64,000 nucleotides of DNA. Source: Octopus vulgaris (lineage: Eukaryota). The notes beneath the pieces were generated by a model. That model ran no database searches, was not told the origin of the DNA, and worked only from the letters and a program-made list of their open reading frames with translations. Within the stretch, counting starts at the first letter, position 1; the number at the start of each line of letters is the position of its first letter. The stretch covers positions 76,694,001-76,758,000 of the forward strand of contig OX597831.1 in assembly GCA_951406725.2 (NCBI GenBank), written 5' to 3'. The translations under genes and the position numbers were made by a program. Of this stretch, positions 40,733-54,267 are shown piece by piece.

Positions 40733-40763
<31 letters not shown>

Positions 40764-40776
40764 CGTCCGTCCGTCC

Positions 40777-40818
<42 letters not shown>

Positions 40819-40902
40819 GTCTCTCTTTCTCTCTCTGTCTCTCTATATCTCTCTGTCTCTCTCTCTGTCTCTCTATATCTCTCTGTCTCTCTCTCTCTCT
40901 GT

Positions 40903-40981
<79 letters not shown>

Positions 40982-40984
40982 CGC

Positions 40985-41018
<34 letters not shown>

Positions 41019-41077
41019 GTCTCTGTCTCTCTCTGTCTCTCTCTGTCTGTCTCTCTCTCTGTCTGTCTCTCTCTCTG

Positions 41078-41142
<65 letters not shown>
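40361..41142. repeat. Compound TATC/TGTC/TC microsatellite with a 300-bp tandem duplication
   Basis: Identical interruption pattern starting at 40371 and 40671. Confidence 0.85.
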
Positions 41143-42143
41143 GAAGGGCGAATGGCACCGCGAGTGTCGCGTTGCTCTCAAGCAACTATGCCGTCCCTGA
41201 TCGACTTTGAGCGATTTCAACACAACCAAAGCATTCTATAGGGGATTAGCGGAGGGGAGGTACGACGACGAGCTCGGGGCGAACCTGGGCGTCGACGAGG
41301 AATACCTGACCCTTTTGTTCAAGGCGACTTTCAGACCGGGACCTATGGACAACTTCCAAAAATCCCTGGCCTTGCAGTGCTACCGCGAAGTGCTGCCCGT
41401 TCGGGATAAGCTCTACAGACACGGCTCGAGAAACACGGGGCCGACCTGCCCGAGATGCGGGCAGAACGTCGAAACCGTTCTGCACGCACTCGTTCAGTGT
41501 CCAACAATTTCCGACCTGTGGGCTTATGTCGAACGACTGCTGTCACGTGTGGGACGAGTCGGTTTATCAGCTGAGTCTATCGTCAATATCGTCACGTCTC
41601 CTTCCTTCAAACGGGAAAGAAGAGCTAGTTTTATCATACTTGTGGCTATGGCGAAAGAATGTATCTGGTGGACGCGTCTGAAAGGATTGGAGACAAACAC
41701 TTTCCTCTCTGGTCAATCTCTCATCAACCTCTTCAAGTATCACTTGAAAAGGAAGGTGAGAGTAGAGAGGGAAGTTTTGTTTAGCGACTGTTTCAAAAAA
41801 AGATGGGTGAATGTAGCAAGGATGGCGCGTATGAATGACGAAGCCACCTTGAACATGATCCTGTGAACCGTAAAAATTTAATAGAGAGTTACTTATTTGT
41901 ATATACATGTTAATATGTGACGTAATTGCTCGAGGTTACTGTGGTCTTTTCGTAGGTTTTTCTTTCCACAGATAAACCTCCCTATTTCTTGGGAACTTTT
42001 TGTACTATTTTGACTTTTTTTGCATATATCCCCAACGATTTCGATCCCCTCTGATCGTTGTGCCCCCTCCCCCCCCTCGAAAAGAAAAACTGTACATTGT
42101 AATGTCCCCTCTGTGTCTAGCTCTGTGTGGCCAATAAAGAAAG
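41143..42143 (+). mobile_element. Longest Tx1/L1-like copy (ORF2 C-terminus with zinc knuckle)
   Basis: ORF 41207-41866: TKAFYRGL..LPVRDKLYRHG..CPRCGQNVETVLHALVQCP..AKECIWWTR; TATC flanks. Confidence 0.85.
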
Positions 42144-42230
<87 letters not shown>

Positions 42231-42247
42231 CCTACCTACCTACCTAC

Positions 42248-42305
<58 letters not shown>

Positions 42306-42719
42306 GTCTGTCTATCTATCTATCTATTAGAGCACACACATATATATGAATATATATGTAGATGCATGTGTACAAGTCATGTGTACAAAAATACATACAT
42401 ACCACATACACACACACACACACATATATATGTAAACAAACACACACACGCACGCACGCATACATACACACACACATATAGACACACACATACACATACA
42501 CACGCGCACACATACATACACATACACATTTATAAGTCTAACTATAGGTCAGTACTTCATATATCCGAAAAGGAAGCGAAAATTAGAGCAGGAATATGTT
42601 CAGAAGATTGTTTGTTATGGCCGGTCAGAGAGTGACCATTGGTTTCAAACCTATATAGAGCTTAGCTATAGAGGTGACCTGTTAGACACAAGGATAGGCG
42701 ATTTGTTAGACGGAGGTAT

Positions 42720-43049
42720 ATGCGTTCAATACACGTGGACATGCCTACAAAGTCAGAAAACAGCACAGCTCCCATGACTTTCGGAAACATTTTTTCACGC
42801 TCAGAGTTGCTGAAGCATGGAATAAACTGCCGGCGTCAATTGTTGACTGCCATGACACTGCATCCATTAAGGCCCTCATGCTTTCCGAAATCCGCCGAAT
42901 CTACACCTGGTTGTCCCCCTTCCATACTCATACACATATGTGTATGTCATGACTCATGCTCTGTTCTTTTCCTGACGCTTGTACATTACCCTATGTACTT
43001 TAGATACACTTTAGATGAGTTGTTGTGCACCTGAGCACTGTACACAATG

Positions 43050-43050
<1 letters not shown>
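42720..43050 (+). mobile_element. CR1 3' fragment with (TTA)n tail
   Basis: NTRGHAYKVRKQHSSHDFRKHFFTLRVAEAWNKLP. Confidence 0.85.
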
Positions 43051-43121
<71 letters not shown>

Positions 43122-43694
43122 CATTATATAATCTCTCTAGAACTGGAGCGATAAAAACGTCACAGTTATTTTTGAAAAAAAAAAAAGAAATTGTGCGAGC
43201 TGAGTTATCCCCCTTACCAATTTAAGGTGGATAATCCCGCCCTGCCCGAAAGCCAACGTGTTGGGTTCGTTCTAGATATACACTTCTTCATACATACATA
43301 CATGATGGCTGCCCCCTCGTTATCGAGTATGGCCATTGCACGAAGCTTAACTGTTACTGGTGCTGTGATCGAATGCGACTTTTTAGCCCAGCTAAAGATC
43401 TACAATGTCTTGTACATACACACACACATACATACATACATACATACATACATACATACATACATACATACATACATACATACATACATACATGCATACA
43501 TACATACATACATACATACATACATACATGCATGCATACATACATACATACATACACACATACATACATACATACATACATACATACATACATACATACA
43601 TACACACATACATACATACATACATACATACATACATACATACATACATACGTACATACATACATACATACATACATACATACATACATACATA

Positions 43695-44066
43695 CATGGC
43701 TGCCCCCTCGTTATCGAGTATCGCCATTGCACGAAGCTTGACTGTTATTGATGCTGTGATCGAATGTGACTTTTTAGCCCAGCTAAAGATTTACAATGTA
43801 TTGTACAGAATTGGCAACTAAAACCTTAACCGGTAATAGCCGGCTGTAGTTGTAACTGGGCTTCATGTACCTTTGCATCTCGTTTAAAGTCCTCCTGCCG
43901 AATTACACTCTCTTCCACATGCCCGACAGATATGATTAGTATGGTGTGTTACACCACCACCAGTGGCCAGGTTGTCACTCATCTGTCTCGCTTTAGGACT
44001 ACGAAGAATGACTCTTGAGTCCAGCTTTACTGGGGCAAGGTCTTGCACAGACACTGCACGTCAGCA
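43695..44066 (-). mobile_element. RTE-like LINE 3' end with three C2H2 fingers and (ATGT)n tail; shorter copy at 43303-43416
   Basis: CSVCARPCPSKAGLKSHLRS, CRACGRECNSAGGL, CQFCTIHCKSLAGLKSHIRSQH*. Confidence 0.7.
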
Positions 44067-44135
44067 TACATACATACATACATACATACATACATACATA
44101 CATACATACATACATACATACATACATACATACAT

Positions 44136-45621
44136 GCAGTGCCAGTACTCATACCAACATTTGGGCTGCTTGATTGGACGCTTGATGAAATCCGAGCCAT
44201 TGATGTGAGAACACGAAAACTACTAACAAGCACACATAATTTCCACATAAACAGTGATGTAGACCGCCCATACCTAAAACGAAAACAAGGCGGAAGAGGC
44301 TTAACATCGATCCAAAATGCCTTTGAATGTCGCACTATAACCCTTCGACAACACCTTTTAACAACCAAGTGTCTAAGCGCATCCCTTGACCAAATTTGTA
44401 TACATGAGGCTGATAACATCATAAGACTTGGAAGGCAGCTCCTTGAGCAACACTCTTTGTCTGATAACCTAGAATTCATGCCCAAAGAAGTCGCACGACT
44501 CTACCGCAACGTATCATCAGATGAAAGGATGAGCCTATATGAGCAGAAGACTATGCATGGATATGTTAGTAGAAAGCTCCGTGATGATAGTAACATCGAT
44601 CATCAAAGCAGTTTATCATGGACGAATAGCCGGGTTACTACCTCCCACTTTGAAAGGTATGCGTTTGCAATCCAGAAACAGGAAATATCAACCAAATACT
44701 TGATGCACAAAAGGGATACAGATGCAGGTAAAGCCGTAAAGTGTGACAACCGATGCGGTCTTTGTGGAGTTCATAATCACCCACACCATAAGCAGTTGTC
44801 CGAAAATGTCATCACAGTATTATCTACCGATGGGATATGACATTGTAGCTAGGACTCTCTATAGTGAAATCCATCAGAAGGATAATCCCCTGGACAAAGA
44901 AATAAGAACCCACAATATGGTAGAAGCCATAGCCACTCATAATAGAAAGGAATACTGGTGGGATGTTCCAGTGAAGACCTCAATAAAATGTAAGCACAAC
45001 AGACCTGATATAATAATTTGGGATAGAGAAGATAAACTGTGCACAGTTGTGGAAATTAGCTGCCCTGCGGGTGTTAGCATAAAGCTGAAGATCAGAGAAT
45101 ACCTATGCTGAACTATTGAGAAATCTGCAGTTACTCTATTCAGATTACAAGTTCAGGTTTATACCTGTAATTATTGGGGCCCTGGGATATGTAACACACT
45201 GCCAAAATACCAATCTTGAGAAATTAGGCTTCTCAAAACCAGAAAGGAGAAAGCTAATTCAAAGACTACAGATACAATCCATCACTGGAACTGTAAAAAT
45301 CTGTAAAACTTTCCAGAAGTTTATCATTTAAATATATATGAGCATGTCTAGACATGCAACTCTATGCATGAGTATACATACATCAAACATACAAAAGCAT
45401 ACAACATAAAAACATATATACATACATACAAATGTTGTCAATTATACGGAAAATAAAATGCAATGTGGACATACGTTCAGCCACGTAGATTCATAAAATC
45501 ACAATGGCTTTTATGTACTGATGACGACGATATTAATGTAGAATAAATATACTGGCTGCATATATTAGAAACCAGTTCTTTATCTATTGGTAAGAAATCT
45601 TGAATTAAAACCAAACAATGA
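44136..45621 (+). mobile_element. 5'-truncated R4/Dong-like LINE with restriction-like endonuclease
   Basis: AVPVLIPTFGLLDW..DVRTRKLLT..KQGGRGL (RT thumb), CGLC..H..SSC knuckle, NRPDIIIWD..VEISCP (PD-(D/E)xK), IPVIIGALG; frameshifted. Confidence 0.9.
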
Positions 45622-45649
45622 CATACATATATTCATACATACAAGTTTC

Positions 45650-45693
<44 letters not shown>

Positions 45694-45763
45694 CTTAGAA
45701 TAACTTAGAAATGTTTTGGCCAGTATTGGCCCAGGCCATGTCTAACTTAATAGCACCACCTGG

Positions 45764-46242
<479 letters not shown>

Positions 46243-46251
46243 ATATATATA

Positions 46252-46773
46252 CTAGCTTAAAGTGACCTGCTCTACGCGCGGGTGAGGGTGTGGCTGTAAC
46301 TTCCTGTTGCTTCCTTTCTGTTTCTTATCGCCACATTCTCCCTCTTTGATTCTCTCTCCTTCTTTCTCTCTCACTTTCCCACTCTCTTACTCTTCCTTTC
46401 TCTCGGACTCTCCCTCGCTTTCTCTTACTCTCTATCTTTCTCTATCTATCTCTCTCCCAATTATAAAAAATTAGATTTCCGTGCTTAAATTACGAATCCG
46501 CTTCCACTTTACCGTGTTGAAAATTAGATTGAAATCGGGCAAAATGTGTCCAATCTCAAAATAACATAGCGGTTCGCCAATCGAGATTGATAAAATAACT
46601 TAGCGGTTCGCCAAAGGAGATCGGTAAAATAACTAAGCGGTCCGCCAAACGTGATCGATAAAATAACTTAGTCGTTCGCCAAACGAGATTGCTAAAATAA
46701 CTTAGCGGTTATTTATAGTTATATTATCTATAGTTATATAGTTATATAACTTATATAACAATATAACTATAGA
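46252..46773 (-). mobile_element. Non-autonomous Helitron (second family) carrying a 34-bp tandem array
   Basis: CTAG|T end at 46255-46252, imperfect subterminal hairpin acccgcgc..gcaggt, A|TC start at 46773. Confidence 0.6.
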
Positions 46774-46829
46774 TAAGGGAAATAACACTAATGCTAATAA
46801 TAATTCTAATAATGAAAATGAAGATAGAT

Positions 46830-47942
46830 TGTTTCCTAAATAATACTAATACAAGGAATTATCCCCCCAGCTGTAATTGTAGAATTAGATCGGAATGTCC
46901 GGTATCTGGTCGCTGTCTGGTTCAAAATGTAATTTATAAATGTACAATAATGACTTTAAATAATAGCTATCTTTATTTCGGATGTTCGATAGATCTGAAA
47001 AACGTTTGAATAATCATTTTTCCTCTTTTAGACTTATACATAAGGCGGGTTGCACAACGCTGTCCGGTAAAATTTGGGAACTGAAAGAAAAAAATATCGA
47101 ATTTAACCTAAAATGGGATATAATAAGAAAGGCACAGCCTTATAAAAATAGTAGAGATGGATGTGAACTTTGTTCTATGGAGACATGTGAAATTTTAAAA
47201 CATAGGAATAATACAAATTTATTGAATAACCGTTCCGAACTGGAGGTATCTTGTATACATTGTGCTACCCGTACGTTTAAGTATTTTAAATAATAACATT
47301 CTGACCATTCCTAAATTTTCAAATCCTAATATCTTGTAACCAAATAAAAAATTAATTTACCATACTAGCTTTTATTCAACCTGCATAGATTACTAAGAAA
47401 TTTCATTATATATATAAATCTGAATATATGAAATTAGAATTTTTTTTTGATTCTCTCCTATATTGGAAAGAAAAAATTATATATATCTAGGGAAATTACT
47501 TGGTTCATCTTGATTACCTCCCTTCCATTACTTTTTAATATATATTATTGACTCCTGATATATTTACTTAATTGATAAAGTTTTTCTCCACGGGTAGTAA
47601 ATATTATGTCTAACATATTCTTTTAATTCGACTCATTAATAAAACAAATCACCATTTACTAGCTAATTATGATTCTATATTAGTAGAAATGGGGATATAT
47701 AAATATGAAATAATCGCAAATAATTTCTATATATCTAGAGAAATTACTTGGTTCATCATGATTACTTCCCTTCCATTATTGTTTTAGTATATCTTATTGA
47801 CTCCTAATATATGTACTAAATTAATAATGTTTTTTTCTTCGGTTAGTAAATATTATGTCTAACATTTTCTTTTAATTCAACTCATTAAAATAATCACCAC
47901 TTACTAGCTAATTATGATTATATATTATTGGTATATATATAT

Positions 47943-48012
<70 letters not shown>

Positions 48013-48652
48013 AATATGAAATAATTTCTATAATTTCTATCCCTATATAAGATACAAATGTTTATTGAAATCATTTAGAAAATTGTCTAAAGAATATTTA
48101 CTTAAATTTCATAATAAAGAATCTAGATGTCAAATGGTAAGAGACATTAAAACCTCTAGAGCTCTAACAGTCTATCTTCCCCCACCCCTCTAACTTCAAG
48201 ACACCACCTTTTTGATACAGTGCATTCAAATGTATCTGGGCTGGGTTCCTCAGAATAAGAATAGGTTTATTGGTTTTGACATTTGTTCTACCCCTTCCTA
48301 TATCTATATATAGAAAAATTTTTTGTCTCCATCCAACCAAAAATAAAACCCCACTCCCCATTGACAGATCCAAATAACAAAGTGAAAAAATCTACAGTCA
48401 GAGAGTAAATTTAATACTCTCATGTTCTTAAGAATAATATCAACCTCTCTGTCTGTATATCTACCCTCTTTATAATGTTGGCAAACGAAATAGAGATAAG
48501 AATGTGCATTGTCCGTTTGATTGGAAAATTTCTATAAGTGGCTGAAGATTGCTCGACATTTTAAAACTGATGTAATACTTACAGTGTTTAATAAAATGAA
48601 GTAGCATGAAACGATTGTACCACATTACCTCGGATATACTTGTTGCTTATTT

Positions 48653-48655
<3 letters not shown>
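46830..48655 (+). mobile_element. 5'-truncated Penelope-like element (Naiad-type GIY-YIG) with long 3'UTR/pLTR
   Basis: CNCRIRSECPVSGRCL..VIYKC..YFG..KRLNNH..SF..TLSGKIWELK..CELC..E..LLNNRSE..CIH. One base appears lost from the A run at 46998-47002. A 248-bp tandem duplication lies in the UTR. Confidence 0.85.
48538..48623 (+). ncRNA. Type-I hammerhead ribozyme with extended stem II
   Basis: GTGG-CTGAAGA-T-TGCT...(catttt..ctg/cag..aaaatg)...AGCA-T-GAAA-CGATTG-TA-CCAC. Confidence 0.7.
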
Positions 48656-48695
<40 letters not shown>

Positions 48696-48801
48696 GGAGT
48701 AAACACATAAATGTGAAACAAGGTGGAAAAAAAGAGTACTCAAATACCAGGGGTAGAGTAATATGCTTTATTTAAAAGCAGAAATTCAACAATTAAATAA
48801 A

Positions 48802-48892
<91 letters not shown>

Positions 48893-49162
48893 TATATATC
48901 ACCTTTTAAAGGTATCGCTACAAATATTTTTATAGAAATTGGAGCCAGCACTATGTAAACGATGCAATCGAAGATAGAGAAATATGTAATGTGGTGTATA
49001 TACATATTTCAGGAGTTCTTGCTCTTTCTTCAGTACGACGCCCAACCCATTAGCCATTCAAGAACACATTGCTTCAATAACCACCAAATTTAGCGGTGTA
49101 ACACAAATGGATATATCAATTTTACGTATTAAACACGTATTTGAATATGCGTGCATGCGTGC

Positions 49163-49198
<36 letters not shown>

Positions 49199-49319
49199 CT
49201 GTCTTAGATGTCACGTACATCAAAACACGTAACTCACACACGCAAACACGAGCGCGCGCACACACGCACACATTCCATCAGGTGTGTGTACAAATACACA
49301 TATCGATCTATGTGACATT

Positions 49320-49641
49320 AAAGGGTAAAGACCCCCTTCGGTCATGAATGACCATGGGATTGCACCTAGAAAGTTACCCTCCTAGACACAAGTCCGGGCA
49401 AGGTTGTTTATGGAAGACCAGCAGTCGCCCATGCATACCGGCCTCCCCTCTCCACGCCACCAGTGTTATCCAAGGGAAAGACAAAGGTCGATACAGCTTG
49501 GAACCAGTGACGTCGCAACTCATTTCTACAGCTGAGTGAACTGGAGCAACGTGAAATAAAGTGTTTTGCTCAAGAACACAACACGCAGCCCGGTCCGGGA
49601 TTTGAGCTCACAACCTGACGATCGTAAGCTCGACGCTCTAA
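49320..49641 (-). mobile_element. SINE family C
   Basis: Near-identical to 8138-8472. Confidence 0.8.
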
Positions 49642-49734
49642 ACATGATTAATTAGCTAGAGTTCATTTAGTTGGCCTTATTTCGTCACTGTCTTGAATTT
49701 CCATAACCTCATGTGAGAGAGGGAGAGAGAGAGA

Positions 49735-49789
<55 letters not shown>

Positions 49790-50008
49790 AAGGTGGTGTG
49801 GTGGCAGAATCGTTTGCATGCCGGACAAAATGCTTAGCGGCATCACGTCCGTCTTTGCATTTTGAGTTCAATTTCCCCCGAGGTCGACTTTGCTTTTTAT
49901 CCGTTCAGGGTCGAGGAAATAAGTACCAGTTGAACACTGGGGTCGATGTAATCGACTTACTTCCTGCCCCGAAATTATTGGCTATGTGTCACAATTTGAA
50001 ATCATTAT
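49790..50008 (+). mobile_element. SINE family B (older variant)
   Basis: Homology to 35078-35310 and 22304. Confidence 0.7.
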
Positions 50009-50054
50009 GAGAGAGCGAAGGTGGGGAGAGAAAGAGAGAGGAAGAAAGAAAGAC

Positions 50055-50085
<31 letters not shown>

Positions 50086-50554
50086 TAGGGAGGGAGAGAG
50101 AGAAAGTGGAGAGAAAAAGAGATAGAAGGAGAGAGAGAGAAAGTAAAACGAGAAGGAGAAACATCAAGAGAGAGAGAGAGAGAGAGGTTAAACGAGAGGG
50201 TGAAACATCAAGGGAGAAAGGGAGATAGAATAAACGGGAGGGTGAAACATCGAGAGAGTGAGAGAGAGGGAGAGATTGGAAAAACAGAAATAGATACAAA
50301 TGGAGTGAAAAGGAGAGGAAAGAGAGAGAGAAGGAGAGGGAGAGAAAAAGAAAGAGAGAGAGAGAGAGTGAAAGAAAAGGAGAGAGAAAGAGAGAGAAAG
50401 AGAGAGAGATGAAATATACATATATACAAATATATACAAAGTAAAACATCGAATGACCACCACATTTATTGGCGTGACTTAAAAGCTTGAGTAGGGATCG
50501 CGAATCTTATAAAGACACATACGACCTTTAAATCTAAACTACAAAGCTTCTTAA

Positions 50555-50592
<38 letters not shown>

Positions 50593-50768
50593 CACACTTC
50601 ACCTCACTATTCTGTACTTTAGTGGTGTATAAAAACACCTTTGTTAGGTTTTAATTCATTCGGTAAACATGTGCTTTTGTTCCCACGGGTGCGGTAAAGA
50701 ATTTTGTATTTTTTTTCTTTTCAAACGAACTATTTTCCCAGCTGCTTGTATGAATAGAGATTGAAGAG

Positions 50769-50837
<69 letters not shown>

Positions 50838-51146
50838 ATGTATATATGAGCGGTGTGTGAAAAGTTTTGAGGCTTCAAGGCCTTTGAGCCTTGAAGTCTT
50901 ATACCTCATCAGAAGTCTTGTATCATGTTCTATTTTTCGAGGCTCAAGACTTTTCATATACCCACACCAAATTAAATTTTTAGTTTTTTCAAATTTCGTT
51001 TTTGGATTTGGTTAGCAAGATTCTTTATATGAGTTCGTGTGTTGAAGCATATTCTGTTGTGTCTGGGGAGAGTAATTTTCTTTTAGTGCCTTATTATGTA
51101 ACACACTTACCGGTAAAATTTCCACTTTATTCTTATTTTTATTGTC

Positions 51147-51183
51147 CTAAAATTTTCGTTGCGTCTTGCAACCTTTTCAATAG
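51147..51183 (-). ncRNA. Minimal hammerhead with U3-A8 covariant core
   Basis: CTA-TTGAAAA-G-GTTGC aagac GCAAC-GAAA-AT-TT-TAG. Confidence 0.55.
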
Positions 51184-51628
51184 TTTTGACTCTCAAAATT
51201 TTTCAAATTGTTATTCTTGGTAATCCATGGAGAAAATAGAGTAGTCTTTAAGAATTTTACCCATTACCTCATCACTTTCAAAAAGCTATATATCTCCAAT
51301 TTATGTCTTATTGGTACGATTTCTTCGGGGCATATAAGTATGACATTGTTAGTAATAATAATGCATAAATCGCTGCATATAAAAATGCAAATTCTTCATT
51401 CTCCTTATTATCAATGTGTGTGTATATATATATATATATATTACATTCAATAAGACGTTAAATTAGCCTCATTAAGAGAGTGAGTGTATAATACTTTGGA
51501 GTGTGTATGTATATATTATTCATATCTATGTACTTATTCGCTTATCTGTATATACATATTTACATATATACGCATGTATATAAGCGTTACACGCTCTATG
51601 TTGACAATATGTGCATTATGTATGTGTT

Positions 51629-51712
<84 letters not shown>

Positions 51713-52044
51713 TAAATATATACATATGTGTATATGTATGTACATATATATGTGTGGGTCTTTATATGTATTCCTTTGGGTGTATTGGTGCATATACACG
51801 TATCTCCATGTATGTGTGTGTATGTGAATGTCTATTTGTTGTTAGTGTATAAATGTGTATGGTTGTATATATATTTATACTTGTATGTATATATGTATGT
51901 ATGTGTATATATATATGGTTGTGTGTGTGTGTGTATCTATTTATATATATATATATGTAATTAAGATAAATTAACTAGAGAGTTATTCTATTGACATTCA
52001 ATAATTTATTTATATTATAATATTACATTAAATACTATGAATAT

Positions 52045-52207
52045 GGGCGCAGGAGTGGCTGTGTGGTAAGTAGCTTGTTTACCAATCCCATGGTTCCGGG
52101 TTCAGTCCCACTGCGTGGCACCTTGGGCAAATGTCTTCTACTATAGCCTCGGGCCAACCAAAGCCTTGTGAGTGGATTTAGTAGACGGAAACTGAAAGAA
52201 GCCCGTC

Positions 52208-52278
<71 letters not shown>

Positions 52279-52500
52279 TGTGTGTGTGTTTGTGTGTCTG
52301 TGTTTGTCCCCCTAGGATTGCTTGACAACCGATGCTGGTGTGTTTATGTTCCCGTTACCTAGCGGTTCGGCAAAAGAGACCGATAGAATAAGTACTGGGC
52401 TTACAAAAGAATAAGTCCCGAGGTCGAGTTGCTCGATTAAAGGTGGTGCTCTAGCATGGCCGCAGTCAAATGATTGAAACAAGTAAAAGAGTAAAAGAGT
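52045..52500 (+). mobile_element. Full-length SINE family A
   Basis: Homology to the other copies. Confidence 0.85.
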
Positions 52501-52568
52501 ATATAACATAACATAATATTACATAAATAATTATAAAAACCGTAAAAGTCCAACAGAGTGTTTCGAGA

Positions 52569-52623
<55 letters not shown>

Positions 52624-52801
52624 ATATTAGGGAATAAATCCAAATTTACAGGGAAAAATCAGATTTAGGATTGAATCCAATTTTATAGTAAAATATAATA
52701 TAATATTAATTAGAGACAAAACCACTATTATGCAAATCAAACAAAGAAAGACTTAATCCAATACATAAAAATTTTATATAAATTAAATAAAATTAAGTTA
52801 T

Positions 52802-52847
52802 CCACTACAATTGTTTCCTGTTACTTCTAAGGACATTCATCAGGTGG
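52802..52847 (-). ncRNA. Type-I hammerhead motif (same family as 25429) in repeat 52610-52945
   Basis: CCAC-CTGATGA-A-TGTccttagaagtaACA-G-GAAA-CAATTG-TA-GTGG. Confidence 0.65.
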
Positions 52848-53022
52848 TTTCAAGACCTTCTATTCAATTTTAAATTATGAAGTAATTTTAAATGACTAAC
52901 TTATAAGAGCGTTTAAGAAATTACGTTATCAAGAGAAATAGAATAACGGGAACACAAACACACCAGCATCGGTTGTCAAGCAATGCTAGGGCGACAAACA
53001 CAGACACACAAACACACACACA

Positions 53023-53091
<69 letters not shown>

Positions 53092-53198
53092 GACGGGCTT
53101 CTTTCAGTTTCCGTCTACTAAATCCACTCACAAGGCTTTGGTCGGCCCGAGGCTATTCTATTTCTGTTTGATTTGCATAATAGTGGTTTTGTCTCTAA

Positions 53199-53268
<70 letters not shown>

Positions 53269-53269
<1 letters not shown>

Positions 53270-53661
53270 TAGCAGTATCGCCTGGCGTTGCTCGGGTTTG
53301 TAAGGGAAATAACTATATAAGCATTTTTAGAGATGTAAAGTATAATAGCCATCTCAATGTGGCTAACCACAAAGGGGGTGTTACTGTAGCTTTTTACGTT
53401 CTGAAATTTAATAATAAATTTTTAGAGAGTTACTTCCATTATATATGCCAAAAATGCATTAAAAAATGGGAAAAATTGATGGTAAATTTTTTAAAATCGT
53501 AGACTCATCGTAGACGCGCGCTAATACCCAGAAGGGCTCGATATGAATGACGACTATAAGATACCCGGTTTTGGTCAAACTGCACCGCAAAATGTGGGAG
53601 TAGTTAGGAATCTAAATTGTAGGAGACAGACAGCACACAACCTCTCTTTTATATATAAAGA
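53269..53661 (-). mobile_element. Non-autonomous Helitron (same family as 36105-36457)
   Basis: TC...hairpin...CTAG termini in TA tracts. Confidence 0.8.
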
Positions 53662-53722
<61 letters not shown>

Positions 53723-54089
53723 TTATTTATCTGATATGCATAATCACAGCTCAATTATATATAAGTCCCTTCATATATGCACCAATTAAAAGATGAATGT
53801 TTTCGACAGTTATTAATATATGTTTATATATTATTTTTACATAAGTTTCTCTCAATTCATTTTATTTCCTCATTCATAAGACACTCTTCCTCATTGTAAT
53901 TTACTATTCACTCTCTATTTATAAACCCGTTATTACCCTAATTATTTTCACATATTATACACTACCTACTAAAACAACCCGTAACCTCCTAACCCATGCA
54001 TATACTAATATTAGCCGTAAAATAATTTTCAGTCTGCTGTGATGATTCTAATATGCAACATAAAAGCCTGAAGATATATCTTTTTTCTA

Positions 54090-54175
54090 TCCCTCTGAAT
54101 TGATTTTGCCTAATATAATGATTTTAATAATTGCTATTTAATATTTTTAGGCTTAACCGAAACAGCTGTAAGGAA
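54090..54175 (+). ncRNA. Degenerate long-stem-II hammerhead-like motif
   Basis: cct-CTGAATTGA..GCCTAA..TTAGGC..C-GAAA-CAGCTG-TA-agg; palindromic stem III intact, core damaged. Confidence 0.35.
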
Positions 54176-54267
54176 GTACGTTGGATTTTAGCAGATAATG
54201 AATTTTTATTTAATGCTATATCTCCATTCTCTTGTATATATATATATATATATATTTATATAGTACG

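Noticed and set aside
40281-41241. 287-295-aa Leu/Ser/Val/Cys ORFs
   Set aside because: Stop-free translation of a compound microsatellite.
45508-45580. CTGATGAC..GAAAC in the LINE 3'UTR (similar string at 35960-36005)
   Set aside because: No consistent flanking stems.
46850-47293. Possible selenocysteine recoding as reported for some Naiad PLEs
   Set aside because: Conserved Cys positions use normal codons; no in-frame TGA.
50865-50920. CTGATGAG plus a 13-bp hairpin on the minus strand
   Set aside because: No GAAA or cleavage site follows.
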